A DNA stretch of 64,000 nt, taken from positions 1 to 64,000 of the forward strand of contig JAYWIR010000066.1 in the NCBI GenBank assembly GCA_036172245.1, in the 5' to 3' direction. The notes below the pieces were generated by a model. The model was not told the origin of the DNA, made no database searches, and saw nothing but the letters and a program-made list of their open reading frames with translations. A program made the position numbers and the translations under genes. Below, in pieces: positions 24,761-36,389 of this stretch (positions are counted from its first letter, which is position 1; each line of letters opens with the position of its first letter). This stretch comes from Raillietiella orientalis. Taxonomy: Eukaryota.

Positions 24761-25204
24761 GCGCGCGCCCCCTCCTTCGCCCGCTCGCGTTAGGGACAGG
24801 CGCTCTCTGGACAACTCGCCCGAGAGGAGGGCGGGGGGACGCCGTGCGCGTGCGCCTCTGGGTGGCACGCGCGAACGATCGCCGGGCACGCCCCTGACCC
24901 GCTCCCCACTCGCCGGGCTCGGAGGGCGCGAAAGTCAGCGCGAACCGTCGCCCTACCCGGGTGGCGGCGGCGATAGCACGACGCTCCCGGGTTGGCTCTC
25001 CAGGAGCAGACCGCGCGACCTCTTCCGACCAGGAGAGGACGCGACTTTTCCCTTCCCAGGCGCCACCCTGAAGGAGCGCCGTGCTCCTCTCTAGGGTCCG
25101 CTGGGGCGGTCACTTCCTGATCTGGCCGTGGAGAGGCGCAGTAGCGGCAGTCTCGACCAGGGTCTCCGACAGTCCGAGCCAGGCTGGTCGGATCCTCTCG
25201 GTCA

Positions 25205-25500
25205 CCCTTCTCCTCCTCCTCTTCCTTTCCGCCTCTTCCCTTTCCCCTTCTCCTCCTCTTCCTTGTACTCCTCCTCTTTCACTTCCTCCTCCTGTTCCCT
25301 TCCTCTTTATTCCTTATCCCCTCTTCCTCTCCTCCTTCTCCATCTTTTCCTCCTTTCCTCCTCTTTCTCTTCTCTTCGCTTCTTTCTCTTCCCTTCCTCC
25401 TTCTCCTCCCCCCCTTTTCTTCCTCATTTCTTCTCCCCTATCTTTCTCCCTGCACTGCACCGTCACCTCGACGCTGTTCCTCCTCTCTTCCTCCTCCTTC
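25205..25500. repeat. Polypyrimidine/polypurine low-complexity tract
   Basis: About 300 bp almost entirely C/T on the plus strand, upstream of the prohormone-4 homologue. Confidence 0.9.
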
Positions 25501-25509
25501 TAGCCATCC

Positions 25510-26560
25510 CCTCGATACGAGGTGGCCGCAACGGACGGTTCGAGAGGAGCTTTGCACAATTGTCGGGGGCAGACTGACATCACACCCCTGACCGCATCCT
25601 ATTCCTCTGGCGCAGACCTTCGGGATGCACACGCCGAGGCCTCCTGGAGACAGTCCGACGCTCGGGCTCGGGTCACGAAGGAGGTCAGCTCGCTACGCAT
25701 CGCGTGCCACCACCCTGGTATCCCAGAGGGAGTGCACCCTCAAGGATGTCTCACCAGACCCACGGAAGTGCATCCTCTTCCTCCCTCGCCGTTGCACTGC
25801 CTTCCCCGTGGGGGAGGGGGAGTCAAGAGCAGTCCAGCAGGGAAGAAGGACGTCGCAGATACCAAGGAAACTCTCTCGAAGGTTTCGGGAAACTTGCCGA
25901 CAGCAGCGTCGCCAGACATCCGTCCCGTACGGACCACTCGAAACGCCCCCGGAAGACTCAGGGATCCCCGCGGCCTTCGCGGGCGCCTCCGCGCCAACTC
26001 CCGCGTAGCAGCGCCCAGCGATCCAACGCTCGCCCTTCTCAACAGCGCGAGAGTGACGAAGGTTGCGCGTATGCATCCTGCGGGCGTCAAAGCCTGTGCA
26101 TCCTTCTCGCTCGCTCTTGTGCTGCCCTCCGACGAAGCGGCAGCGTCTGGCGACGGCTCTGCTACTCCCAGCGCCTCTTCGGGCGCAGCGCCACGGCAGC
26201 TGCCGCGGCCATCGCAGCGTCCTGCTGCTTCTGCGTCTGGAAGCACAACCGGGAGAGGGCAGCGCGATCGCGATGCGATCTCTGTCGACCTCCTTCCTGA
26301 CGACCGCAGCGGGATAGCCCCACCTGGAGGAATGAGAGTCGAAATGGCCAACCCCCACGGGAAGATGCCGGTGACCTTCCTTCCCTTTCTACTCCCCACG
26401 GCCAACGGTTTATCTTTTCATTTCTTTATTTGGCACCCATTCCTCTGTCCCCCAAGCCTTCCCCGGGAAGTCGGCAGGGAATATGAGCGCCTTATCTTTT
26501 TCGTTTTCCCTTTATTGCGCACGCCCATTGTTGTAATTTACAACAAACGCCTCAGCGTGG
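25510..26560 (+). mobile_element. Decayed 3' part of an L1/Tx1-like element, tail-to-tail with the main copy
   Basis: GRFERSFAQLSGA...TPLTASYSSGADLRDA is homologous to ERLEETFERLAGS...TSPYSSGADLHDA of the main element (about 26730-26830, minus). Ends in a pyrimidine-rich UTR. Confidence 0.65.
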
Positions 26561-27490
26561 CCTTCTCGCTCAGGATAGCCGAGCCATTCCTCCCAGTTAA
26601 AAATCGTCCCGTACACAAAGGGACTGCTCCCACTGGGGAAGGAGTCGGGGAGGAGTGGAGAGTAAGAAGGAAGCGCCAATGAAGGAACAAATGGGGAGCA
26701 GGATGGACCAGTGTCCCCACGGCACCCCACGTGCATCGTGAAGGTCTGCACCAGAGGAGTAGGGTGAGGTCAGCAGCCGTAGAGGGGTCAGCTTGCTCCC
26801 GGCTAGTCTCTCGAAGGTCTCCTCGAGTCTCTCCCATTGGACCATCTCATGGAGCCCATCTTCGCAGGTAGGCAGTGACGATTCCTCGGGTGAACGGCCA
26901 CGGTCCTCCTTCCATCTTGGCGACCGCCGCAAAATCGTGATGTCACCGCCCTCAGAGAGATGCGGTCGCAGCGTCAGTTAGCTGGCCCGTCTTCCATTCT
27001 CCTATCTTCCTCTCCCTTTCGGAGATGGTAACAGTAACCTCCAACTTCGCCGCTACATCGCTGTCCAGATCTTCCATTAGGGAGGTCAGAGCAGCAGCGA
27101 GGGGGGTTCTTCCTGACCACGCTCTTTTTCGGATCCTCCAGGATCTCTCGGAGAATGCAACTTCTGTAGCTCCCAAACAGGAACCATTGTTCCTGTAGGG
27201 CGCGTTGCATGCCGCTCTGTGCCCCCGTGCGAACGGTTTCCAGGCACTACCGTTCGCGGGGCGACAGGTGATCCATCCGTGGTTATTACGGTTCAGGGTA
27301 GCCACCCTTCGTAGCTGGGGTCTGCATCAGTTGATGCGGCGCAGATGGAGTGCAAGAAAGCTGGTGAGCCCCGTATTGCCAGTTGCTTGCATGACGAGGA
27401 GACGTGCAGGGACGCACCAGCAGGTGCACCACAACTCCGGCACAACGACCATTAAGCGGAACTGGAGCTGAAGCTCCAGAAGCTCCAACG

Positions 27491-28867
27491 TCAGGAGGCC
27501 GAGCCGCCGTCCTGACGCGGAATGCACAAGTCCTCCAAGCGGACTCGGGCCCTCTCGTTGCCCCAAAGGACGATACGGAGGAGGTCCTTCGTCCCATTTT
27601 TGATCCTTTCTGTGGAGGTACAAGCAAAAAGCAGGGGGCGGAGGAAAGGAGCCGCGAACGTGTTCCAAACCGCGGCCCGTTCAGGCAGGAAAAACCTGCC
27701 GCCTCGGAACGGGCCGATCGCCGTCTCTACTTTTTGGAGGCAGCCGGACCACGCTTCCGCAGGGGAGTAGTCCCCCAACGGCACACCAAGGGACTTGAAG
27801 TACCTCACCGTGGGAATCCCCAAACGGACCCAGTCCTGCTGCCCTGCCCACGCCGCACCAACTGGCATCACGGACGACTTCGCCTTGTTCGCCGTAAGTC
27901 CGGTTCCCCGATGCAGCAGGTCGAAGAACTCCTCGACCGCCGCAGCCGGGGTGGACATAGGGAGCAGCAGAAGGTCGTCGGCGTACGCTGAAACGGCCGG
28001 CGTACCGGCACAGTCGTGCGGCAGGTGCGCCAGAGTTACCCTGTACGCTCTCAGTACCAACTCAAAGTAGGTGCTGAAGAGCAAGGGGCTCAGGCTGTCT
28101 CCCTGCCGGATCCCACGCCGCACCGGCACGCCGTGCACGGTCTGCCCGCTGAAAGTAACATTGATGTGCGCGTCGCGCCAGCAGGAGCGCAGATAGGCCA
28201 CTAATGAGGCCGGGAAGCCCAAGCCTTCCAGAAGCTCCAGAAGGAGATTCTGGTCGACGCAATCGAATCCTTTTCGCAAGTCTATTGCGACCGCAAGGGC
28301 TCCCTCCCCCACCCGACCATCCAACCCCTTGCCAGCGCACGCACCGGAATTCCGGCTGCGCACCAAGCTCCTTTCATGTTGGAGCTCTAGCCAGGTGGAA
28401 GCGTGGAACAGGTTCGCCTCCATGCTTCGCCCGGGAACAGCATATGTCTGTTCCGGGCTGATGAAGATGTTGGCAACCCGTCCCAGACGCTCTGCCCACA
28501 TCTTGGCTATCAACTTGGCGTCCGCATTCACTATTGTGATGGGTCGCCAGTTGTTCATGCTCCTCAGATCTCCTCCCTTAGGGAGGAGCCGCACCTTTGC
28601 CGAACGAAACGAGGCGGGAACGTCACATGTTTCGCGTATCAGCAAGGTGAGTTGCTGTACCAGGGGGGTAAGCTCAGCCGCGAAAGTTTGGTAAAACTCC
28701 GCGGGCAGGCCGTCCTCCCCTGGAGCCTTGCGCCTCTTGAGATTTCCGATGGCCGAGAGGATCTCGTCCATCGTGAAAGGCTCGTCGAGGGTCTTTCTCT
28801 CCTCCTCCCCGATCGCTGGAGCGCCTTCCGGGAGCAGGAGTCGTGAGACATCCCGCTCAGGAGGCAT
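27491..28867 (-). pseudogene. Reverse transcriptase domain of the L1/Tx1-like element (458-aa open frame)
   Basis: KAPGEDGLPAEFY, LLPKGGD..NWRPITIVNADAK, QTYAVPGR, IDLRKGFDCVD, GIRQGDSLSPLLF, SAYADD, GLTANKAKS, FKSLGVP and LCIPRQDGG. A frameshift follows DGG (LGLLTLELL continues in another frame). Confidence 0.93.
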
Positions 28868-28955
28868 TCTTGCGTACAGGGAGGAGTAAAAACACCGCAG
28901 AAGACCACGAACCTGAGTGGGGGCCGATCGTCCAGCAAGCCGATCCGGACTGCCA

Positions 28956-29188
28956 GACTAATAATCTGATTGAGACTAGAAATCAATACAATTTGCATAT
29001 GTCCCATCATCTCAACCCCATCTACTCCATTCTCAGCACATTCCGCAACAAAATATTTCCTAATTCAAGCAGCTTCATCGTCACTCTTTCTATTCACCTG
29101 CATTATTTCTAACGCCTTCTCCTCCATCATATCCCCAACTATCTCAATAATCATACTCATAAAATTAGGCATACTACCATTTCATCTC
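28956..29188 (+). pseudogene. ND2: NUMT: nuclear copy of a mitochondrial ND2 fragment
   Basis: Abrupt shift to A/C-rich, G-poor DNA. With the invertebrate mitochondrial code (TGA=W, ATA=M, AGA=S) it reads LMIWLSLEINTICMCPIISTPSTPFSAHSATKYFLIQAASSSLFLFTCIISNAFSSIMSPTISMIMLMKLGMLPFHL, with ND2 motifs W..LEIN, KYFLIQA and KLG..PFH. Confidence 0.92.
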
Positions 29189-30278
29189 GGCCCTTGCTCT
29201 GTACTCCGCTAGCCTGCGGATGTCGGGGGTCCTGGCGTAACGTCGGGCCTGTAGATAAGCCCTTTCGTTACGTACCCCGTCCCCAAATCCCGCAGGTAGG
29301 CGGTGCAGAGGGAACTGGTCGCAGAACTCCTGGACCGACCGCTTAAAGCGGTCCCAATCCTGGAGTGTCCGCAGCCTGAAGCTCCGTATGAACGTGCGGA
29401 GATGTTCCGCCGCGTCCGGGAGCTTCAGCCAGTCCCCTGGGAGACGCCACGCTGACGAGGAGGGGCCCCTGTCGCGCGGATGGATCTCGAGGACTAGCGG
29501 CCGATGGTCGGACAGCTCGCATGGTAACTTGCCGCGCCTGCCCACGCGAGGGCACAGGTGCTGGTCAAGGAACACGTGATCGATACTGTCCTCCATCCCC
29601 GGTTCACTGGCCAACAAGTTACAGGTGTGCACCGCCGTGCACACCTCGTTGACCAGGTCTCGCTCGTGATTCTGCCCATCTGGTTTCAGGCGAACGCTGA
29701 AGTCCCCTGCGACCAGATGGTCATTCCGCACGCTTGCCTCGGTCAGCAAGTCGCGCCGGAGGGCAAGGAAAAATTCTTCCCTCGCGCTCCTGGTCGTCAA
29801 GTCTGCGCCGCTCGGGGCGTACACGTTCGTGACGATCAGGTCGATGGAGTCCGACCACCTGAGAATCAGCTGGCCCACACGACCGTGGTCGTCGAACCGC
29901 ACGCCCGCGCTGTGGCCTCGACGGCTAGCCGAAGCAGGTAGGCAACACCGCAACTCTTCAGTGTCCCACACCGATACCACGGCCGCCCTCCGGAGATCCC
30001 ACCCCCTTCGTATCTTGTTTTCCCCTTTGTCCAGGAACTCTGTTCCCGGATAGTTTTTAATAAACACCCCGGCGCACCCGGGTGATAAACAGCCGCCCTC
30101 CGGAGATTCGTTCGATCTCTTGCGCTTGTTCTGCAGAGATCACGTGGATCTCCTGCAGCAGCGCAAGGTCGAAGGATTCCAGAAGGGCGGCCATGTCTCG
30201 TCTCCTGCCGGCGTCTGTCATGCCGTTCACGTTCCAAACGGCGATGCGCAGACGACAGCGGGAGGCGATTCCCGGCAT
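29189..30278 (-). pseudogene. Apurinic-like endonuclease domain of the L1/Tx1-like element (frameshifted, interrupted)
   Basis: Motifs are split across three ORF-track frames (30057-30692, 29866-30237, 29174-30067). The likely start is ATG 30278 (MPGIASRCRLRIAVWNVNG). Confidence 0.88.
29982..30107 (+). mobile_element. 5'-truncated retroelement 3' tail (94 bp) with 16-bp target-site duplication
   Basis: GCCGCCCTCCGGAGAT occurs at 29982-29997 and 30092-30107. Removing the insert restores EIERISGGRPWYRCGTLKSCGVAYL. The insert has a pyrimidine tract, a hairpin, AATAAA and a terminal GC hairpin. Confidence 0.85.
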
Positions 30279-30372
30279 TACTGCCGGGAAGATGACGGTG
30301 TGGGGGAACCCGCCTCCTCGGAGGCGGGTGAGATGGCCATGGGGGTTTCGGTCTTCAGACCGTAACCACATG

Positions 30373-31005
30373 ACCCGCGTCGGAGGCCATGTGGTTACGG
30401 TCTCTGCGTGTGGCACCTGGCGTTGCGAGTTCGAATACTCGGCAAGAATCGACGCAAAGAGTTTGTGCGCGTCGTGGGTTGGAGTAGGAGACCCGCCAGA
30501 TGACGCTGCTCGACCTGATTTCGGGGGCGGCGCCCAGTAGTGGTTCAGACTGTATGCCCCCGACGAGGTCCCACAACGGCAGTCAACCTCCAAGTCCCTT
30601 CCAGGAATCAAGGAGTGGAAGTTCTCCTCCGGTTGTGCATAGAAGCGGACTCCCCTTTGGGGGCATCCTCCGTAGGGTAGGTGTGTCGCCACATCTCTAG
30701 AGTTCCAGAGAAGCGCGCCGCTTTTTTCAGGGAGAGAGCCCTTCTGAGTTTCGGAAGCGTCCCTTCGGGGTTCTCTTCAGAGGAGTGAACAGGAGCGGTT
30801 CCCTTGCGGGTTCCCTTCGGAGAAGAAAACATGGAGCGGACCCCTTCGAGGGTCCATCCGGAGAGAGTAAAGAAGGGGAGGATTCTCTTCCCGGTTCCCG
30901 TCGAAGACAACCAGGGTTGGGAGGATCCCTTCGGGGATGCCTCCCCAGGCTTGAGAGGTGGTCCCTCCTCGTTATCTTCAGGAATTAACGCACGTACCCT
31001 CGGGT
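30373..31005 (+). mobile_element. tRNA-derived SINE, copy A (near full length)
   Basis: Head with an A-box-like TGTGGTTACGG and a B-box-like GAGTTCGAATAC. The body aligns by eye with the copies at 31283, 36390, 37590 and 55370 (for example CCTTCTGAGTTTCGGAAGCGTCCCTTCGGGGTTCTCTTCAGAGGAGTGAACAGGAGC). Confidence 0.75.
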
Positions 31006-31282
31006 GAGGTGGAAAACAGTCTCAAAGAGATGCGTGGGACGCTGGTTCTTGAAGTACTCAGCGAACCTCCTCAAAAAAAAAAAAGATGAAAGCGAAGAAG
31101 GATTTCCATTGTCCATGGAAACCCTTCTTCCATTGGATGATGGAAATCCTTTTCGCTTTTTTTTCCCTTCCAGCATTTTTTTTCAGGTTTTTCAGGTTTT
31201 CTTTTTTTTGGTTTGCTAAGTACCTCAAGAGCCAGTCACGTGCCTCGCAACGCACGTGGCACTTTAATACTGTTCCAAGTCA

Positions 31283-32090
31283 CCCGCGGAGGGTGCGTGT
31301 TATTCTTCAAGATAGGGGGGGCAACCCCAGAAAGGGTCCCGCCCTATGAATCCAGGAAGGCTCGGAGTCCGTTCCTCTCACGTTCGGGGAGGGGGGGGAT
31401 CGCACCTCCCACCCTGGTTGCCTCCGAAGGGGGACCCAAAAGGGAACCTCCTTCCTCATTCTCTCCGGAGGGACCCTTCCGGAAAGGGGGTGGTTCTCTC
31501 CATTTCATCTTCTCCGAAGGGAACCCGGAGAGGATCCGCTAGTAGGAATTTCTTCTCCGGAGGGAACCCGCAAGGGAACAGCTCCTGTTCACTCCTCTGA
31601 AGAGAACCCCGAAGGGGCGCTTCCGAAACTCAGAAGGGGCGCTGCAGCTTCCCGCAGGGGGATCGCTCCCGCTTGCTTCCTTGCACTCTTCTGGAAAGGC
31701 GGCGACTCAGAGGGTCCCCCCCGCAACAGAGGGGGCCGCTCCTTTAAACAACTGGAGAGGTGCCTGTGAAGGCTCCTGCTCCATCTTGTAAACCAAAGGG
31801 GACCCCCGGTGAGGGGGGTTTGCTCTCCGCTGTATGACCGGAGGGGGAACTCACCACTCCTTTATTCCTGGAAGGACCCGAAGGTTGACTCCCATTGTTC
31901 CGGCCTTCATCGGGGGCCTCCCGGCTTAAACGACCACCGGTGCCACACCCGAATGTCTCGGCCAACCAGCGCCATTGCAGGAGAAACTCGGAACCCATCG
32001 ACGCAGTGACGTCAGTTTCTGCCGTAGCATTCGAACCCGCGACGCATAGTGCCACGCGCGGAAGCCTTAACCACAAAGTCTCCAGCGCTG
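31283..32090 (-). mobile_element. tRNA-derived SINE, copy B
   Basis: Minus-strand head GTGGTTAAGG...GTCGCGGGTTCGAATG, the same body, and tail CTTGAAGAATAACACGCACCCTCCGCGGGTG. Confidence 0.75.
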
Positions 32091-35000
32091 GCCTCTCGAG
32101 GACCCCTCGACGGAGAAGGAACAGTCGTCTCCCTGCTCAGCCCTACTCTGGGAGCTCTCCCGGTGCATTAACCATCTGCAGCATCCTCATGAAAAGTACC
32201 AAAGCTGCGGAGGAGACAGCAGGCAGCAGCGAATGAAGTCCCGATGGGCCTGTTCGAAAAGGAAATTCGAATCCGAGGCTGGGTTGGGGTCCCGGCGTGG
32301 GCCATCTGCTATACCCCGTCCTCTTCCCTCGGCAAACACGCGTCCTGCGAGAGCAGCGGAGCGCCCTTGTCCTGGGAAGCAAACGACGGCAGCTAAATCC
32401 CCGATTCGTGTTGTCTAGGCAACAGCGAATTGTTAGCTTGTTTGTTTTGATAGACTGTGTGAGTGGGACTGGGGAAACTCCCACACCCAAATCGGGACAT
32501 TTCAATGCCCTTCGCATGCAGACGATGGCGATCTCAAGTGGCTCTCCGAGACGACGGCCACGCCCTCCTTCTCTCGCCGTTGCGTGGCAGGGAATCGCCG
32601 GAGGAGAGGCACTTGGGAACCCTGGAGAGGTGAGGCACGCCGTCAAGAATGTCTGCCGCGGCGCAGCGACGAAAGTGCGTCTCTCCGCGGTGCGCTCTCG
32701 TCCCTAAGGCAGCCTCCAGAGCATCCAGGCAGCGCGCGCGGGAGGTTCCTGCCTCCCGCAGCAAGTGCACCCCCTTGGGCACTTTCCTCACCGAGGCACG
32801 GGGACGTTTTCCGTTGCGGGGGAGGGCCCAGTGCATCAACGAGGTCGCCGTCGGTCTTCTAGCGACTGGAGAGGGTGGAAGAAGGCATCCGCTAGGGGGC
32901 ACGACCGCGAACACGGCGTGACCTGACGCAAACAACCCGCGCCGCGACGGAGCGGCAGGCAGGGGAGCATGCGCGGACTGCGTGGGGTGCAGCAGGGAGG
33001 CGGAAGCGATCCCGCGTCTTCTGCCGGTGCCCTACCGTCGGGATGGGAGAGTCTGGCAGCGGTTCTTTCGAGCCCAGTCGGCACCCCTGGAGACGCGTCT
33101 GTTTCATTCTTCCACGGCTGTGGTCGCAACGGTGCCCCGCGGGTGCTGCAATGGCATCGTGAGCAACAGGAAGATGCAGAAAGCAAATGAAACGAACAGG
33201 AGAAAGAAGGAAGAAGCTACAGGAAGAAAGGGACGCCATTTCTCAGGTACCACCGCCATGGTGCGACGTGCTATCAGGTCACCTCGTCTGAAAGCAGCGG
33301 ACAAGCGAAAGGTTCCGATCCGCAGGGCCGCATCACACCATCTTTGACCTTCTCTCTCCTCCTCTCCCCATCGGTCACGCTCATTTATTTTTGCATTGAT
33401 TGCAGCTTTCCTTTGGCGCATGCAGCCCGTCCCAAGCGAAACCAAGCGAGGGCTGTTCCCGGCCTACTTGCGAAAAGGGCGGAAGTGCCCGCCGCTCCGA
33501 TCTCTGCCTCCGAATTCCTTGCAGTCCCCGGCTCAGTCCGAGGTGCGCGCGGGGTCCTCATGAATTCGTAAGGAACTCATTGATTTACGGCAAGGCACCA
33601 ACCGCTCCGCTCGCATCTGTTTACGTCTGCGCCAGCAGAGGCAGTGGCGCCAATCACAGACGCTAATTGCAGCTCCGCACGGTACGAGTCCCTTCCATCT
33701 GTCCCCGCCCTTACCGCCTCCCATCATGCCCTCTGAGCCTACCCCCTCTTCAAGACCCTCCCATTCCTCCCTTCCCGAGAAGAGCGGTTGGATCGGAATC
33801 ATCACTCCTTCTTCCGGCTGAAAAAGGAGACCCCAGGACGGGGCTCTCGCGCCGCTCTCCCTCCCACCCTCATCTGCACCGGCTGCTACCAGAAGCACCG
33901 GCGCTTCCATAGAGAGGAGCAGCCCTCTGCTCCGAGGCAGCCAGCCACCCTTCCCTATCCGTCCCAGAGAGCGAAGAGCCGACCCGTCGGCCCCCTTCCG
34001 GCGCACCTCTCAGGTCGGCGCTCCTCGCCGCGCGTGCAGAGCTTCCTCCTGTCCACGCTCCTGCTCCTCGCCCGCTCCCACGGGAGAGTTCGAAGCTGCG
34101 CGCGCTTTCGATCCGTTCGACGGTCGACCCGGCGCGCCGCCCGGCGCTGGCACGCCGCGAGCGCGGCTCCGCGTCGCCCGGGTACGAGGCGGCGGACCGT
34201 CGCAACGCCCGGGTTACGAGGGAACATTTCCTCCTCCCGGTCGTGCGGGAGAGGCGCTCGGGGAGCGTTGTCGGTCGAAGCACAGCTGCAGTGGGTTTCC
34301 GTGTGCCCCACCCCTCGCTACACTGGCGATCCCTGGATAGACTCTGCTTATGAGTGAATGCTCACTTTGAATGGTCTGTTACATAATATTTATTTTTATA
34401 GCTATGTCTAATAGGATTCGACTCATTAAAAACATGAATACAACTCTATATTTAAGAATTACGCACCATAAAACAATAAAAAGAAACAGTCTGTAATTGC
34501 CCTAGCAGCGCCCTCATACCACCGGAGGGGCACTCGCTTCGTACGCAAATCCCTCAGTGGGCGAAAGCCACAAAAAGCTGAGTGGTCCAAACGAGCAAAA
34601 CACAGAGCTCCCAAGTTGTTCTTCCAACTAACGTGCGAGCGTCAGAAGATGTAATTGCGCTGGACTGGCATTGGGAGCATCCGGAAGATCCTAGCCGAGC
34701 ACAGGGCGTGCACTTCCTGCAAGCACTGCGCTCTCACCGAGAGGACCGGTGCTTCGAGGCCAATGAATTCTCTCTCAACACCCTTTCCCTTCCCTTCAGT
34801 CGCCGAGGACGGTGGCCGGCCTTTGCACGGAGACATCTACCCAAGAGGCCAAAGTGTGCTTCAGTCACCATCTGGTTCCCGTCCTCGACAAGCTGTTCAT
34901 ACGATTTCGAATTACTTCAGGGGACGGCCTTTCCATTCTTCTTACTAACGTAATGACTAATGACGATGATTCGTCTGAAGAAAAGGAGAATCAAGAAAGG

Positions 35001-35329
35001 GCCCTCACTAGGGATTATTAAGGGAATAGAACTTACTCTGTTTGTCCCTTGGATCCTAGGATGGGACAAAGGACCTCGCTTCAAGAAAGCCGCGTGCACC
35101 TTTCGATGACCATAGGAAGAATTTCTGCCAGCTTCTGTCTGGAGATCAGAGCTCAGCGAGTACCCTGAGGCTGCTCTGATCGGGGAAGGGGGGCTCGGAA
35201 AGCGTTTGTGTGGTTCGTTTTGAGTGGACGAAGAAGGGGAGTTTGTTCGAAGCAGAAACTTTTGTCTTCTTGCGGACTTTTTTCCTTGGTAAGGGTGTCA
35301 CGGACTGAGTGATGGAGCACGACGTATCA

Positions 35330-35640
35330 TGACGTCATCGTACTCTGTCGGCATGGCGCTCAACAATGCAATTTAAAAATACAGACCAAGTGATGAAAAA
35401 ACAGGCCTGATTCAGGCTTCTCTGCGCTCCCCCGCAAAGCCGGACTTTGAGGCGCGCCGTCTATTTTTAGACTGCATTGTTGGGCTCCGTGCTGATCGCG
35501 CACGCTGACGTCACGCCGCGAACCCCAACTTGAGGCGGGCTGCTTTCAATTCGCTCGCCGTGTATTTTTAGACTGCATTGTTGGGCTCCGTGCTGATCGC
35601 GCACGCTGACGACACGCCGCGAAGCCGGACCTGAGGAGCA
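35330..35640. repeat. About 55-bp motif in three copies: one forward, two reverse in a ~100-bp tandem duplication
   Basis: TGACGTCA...CAACAATGCAATTTAAAAATAC at 35330-35382 against TATTTTTAGACTGCATTGTTGGGCTCCGTGCTGATCGCGCACGCTGACG at about 35462 and about 35563. Confidence 0.85.
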
Positions 35641-36389
35641 CCGGTTTCAATCCGCACGAGATAGAGATGTCAGTGGAGGACGCAGAGCTTCAGTTTCGCG
35701 GATGAGTTTTATAACCTTGAAATCGGTCGGGGTCGGTTTGGTCTTCATCGCGCATTTCCTACAGCTTATTGTAATTCAAGGATAAGCTACTTAAAGGCAG
35801 CCCGCCTCAAGTCTCGCTTCGAGTCTCTACGTTCGCCGCAAAACCAAACTTGGAGCGGGATGGTTTCGTGCCGCTCACGCTATACAAAACTGGGATTTTC
35901 GAATTCCTTGATGAGTAAGCTTGTTGCCAACCACGATGTGTTCAGTGATTACCAACTGAATTGGCATGCATACGTTTACCTGAGGATGGAGGAAAGGGTA
36001 GGGAATAACTGCAACGATGAATCCGCTCCTCCCATGTCTGATCCCAAGAACGAAGAAACTTTCTTGGTTTTCCGAGCAGCTCTTCTTAGCTCTTCGAACG
36101 GAGGGCTTTTGGTGGAAGGCGCTCTTTTGTTTTCATCCGGACGAGGCTCTGCATAAAGATCTCACCCGATCACGAACGCACCATCATTGCAAACAGTCGC
36201 AAACTTCCGGAAAGGAATCCAAGCATCCTTTCCAAGATGATGATGCACAGCAAGTCTAGAGGAGGAACGCTGGTCCCCTGTGAGCCTCAGGAAGGCCATT
36301 CTGAAAAGCCAGTCGGTTCGTAAGGGCAGGAAAGTCACGCTCTCGTTTTTAGATTCGAATGGCGAGCATCAAACCCTATCTATTTTATC

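Larger units (their letters stand above)
26700..30278 (-). mobile_element. L1/Tx1-clade non-LTR retrotransposon ORF2 (APE endonuclease + RT), disrupted
   Basis: APE motifs IAVWNVNG, LALLQE, GTLKSCGVAYL, VTNVYAPS, LVAGDFS, IDHVF and LSDHRP, followed by RT and thumb regions. Broken by a 94-bp insertion, a NUMT and frameshifts, and 3'-truncated near 26700. Confidence 0.92.

Noticed and set aside
21223..26682. Long ORFs such as 21223-22347 (374 aa) and 25522-26682 (386 aa)
   Set aside because: They have the Arg/Pro/Ser/Gly-rich composition typical of stop-poor GC-rich DNA and overlap decayed retroelement sequence. They are not credible genes.
32889..32902. CTCF-like motif CCGCTAGGGGGCAC
   Set aside because: A single short match in GC-rich, repeat-derived DNA is not distinguishable from chance.
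34010..34095. Minus-strand LPW...SVDRRKLCTRGEERR resembling the MyoD/nautilus basic region
   Set aside because: The CKAC motif and the ERRR core are not intact and no helix-loop-helix exon was found downstream. It may be chance in GC-rich DNA; an HMM search would settle it.
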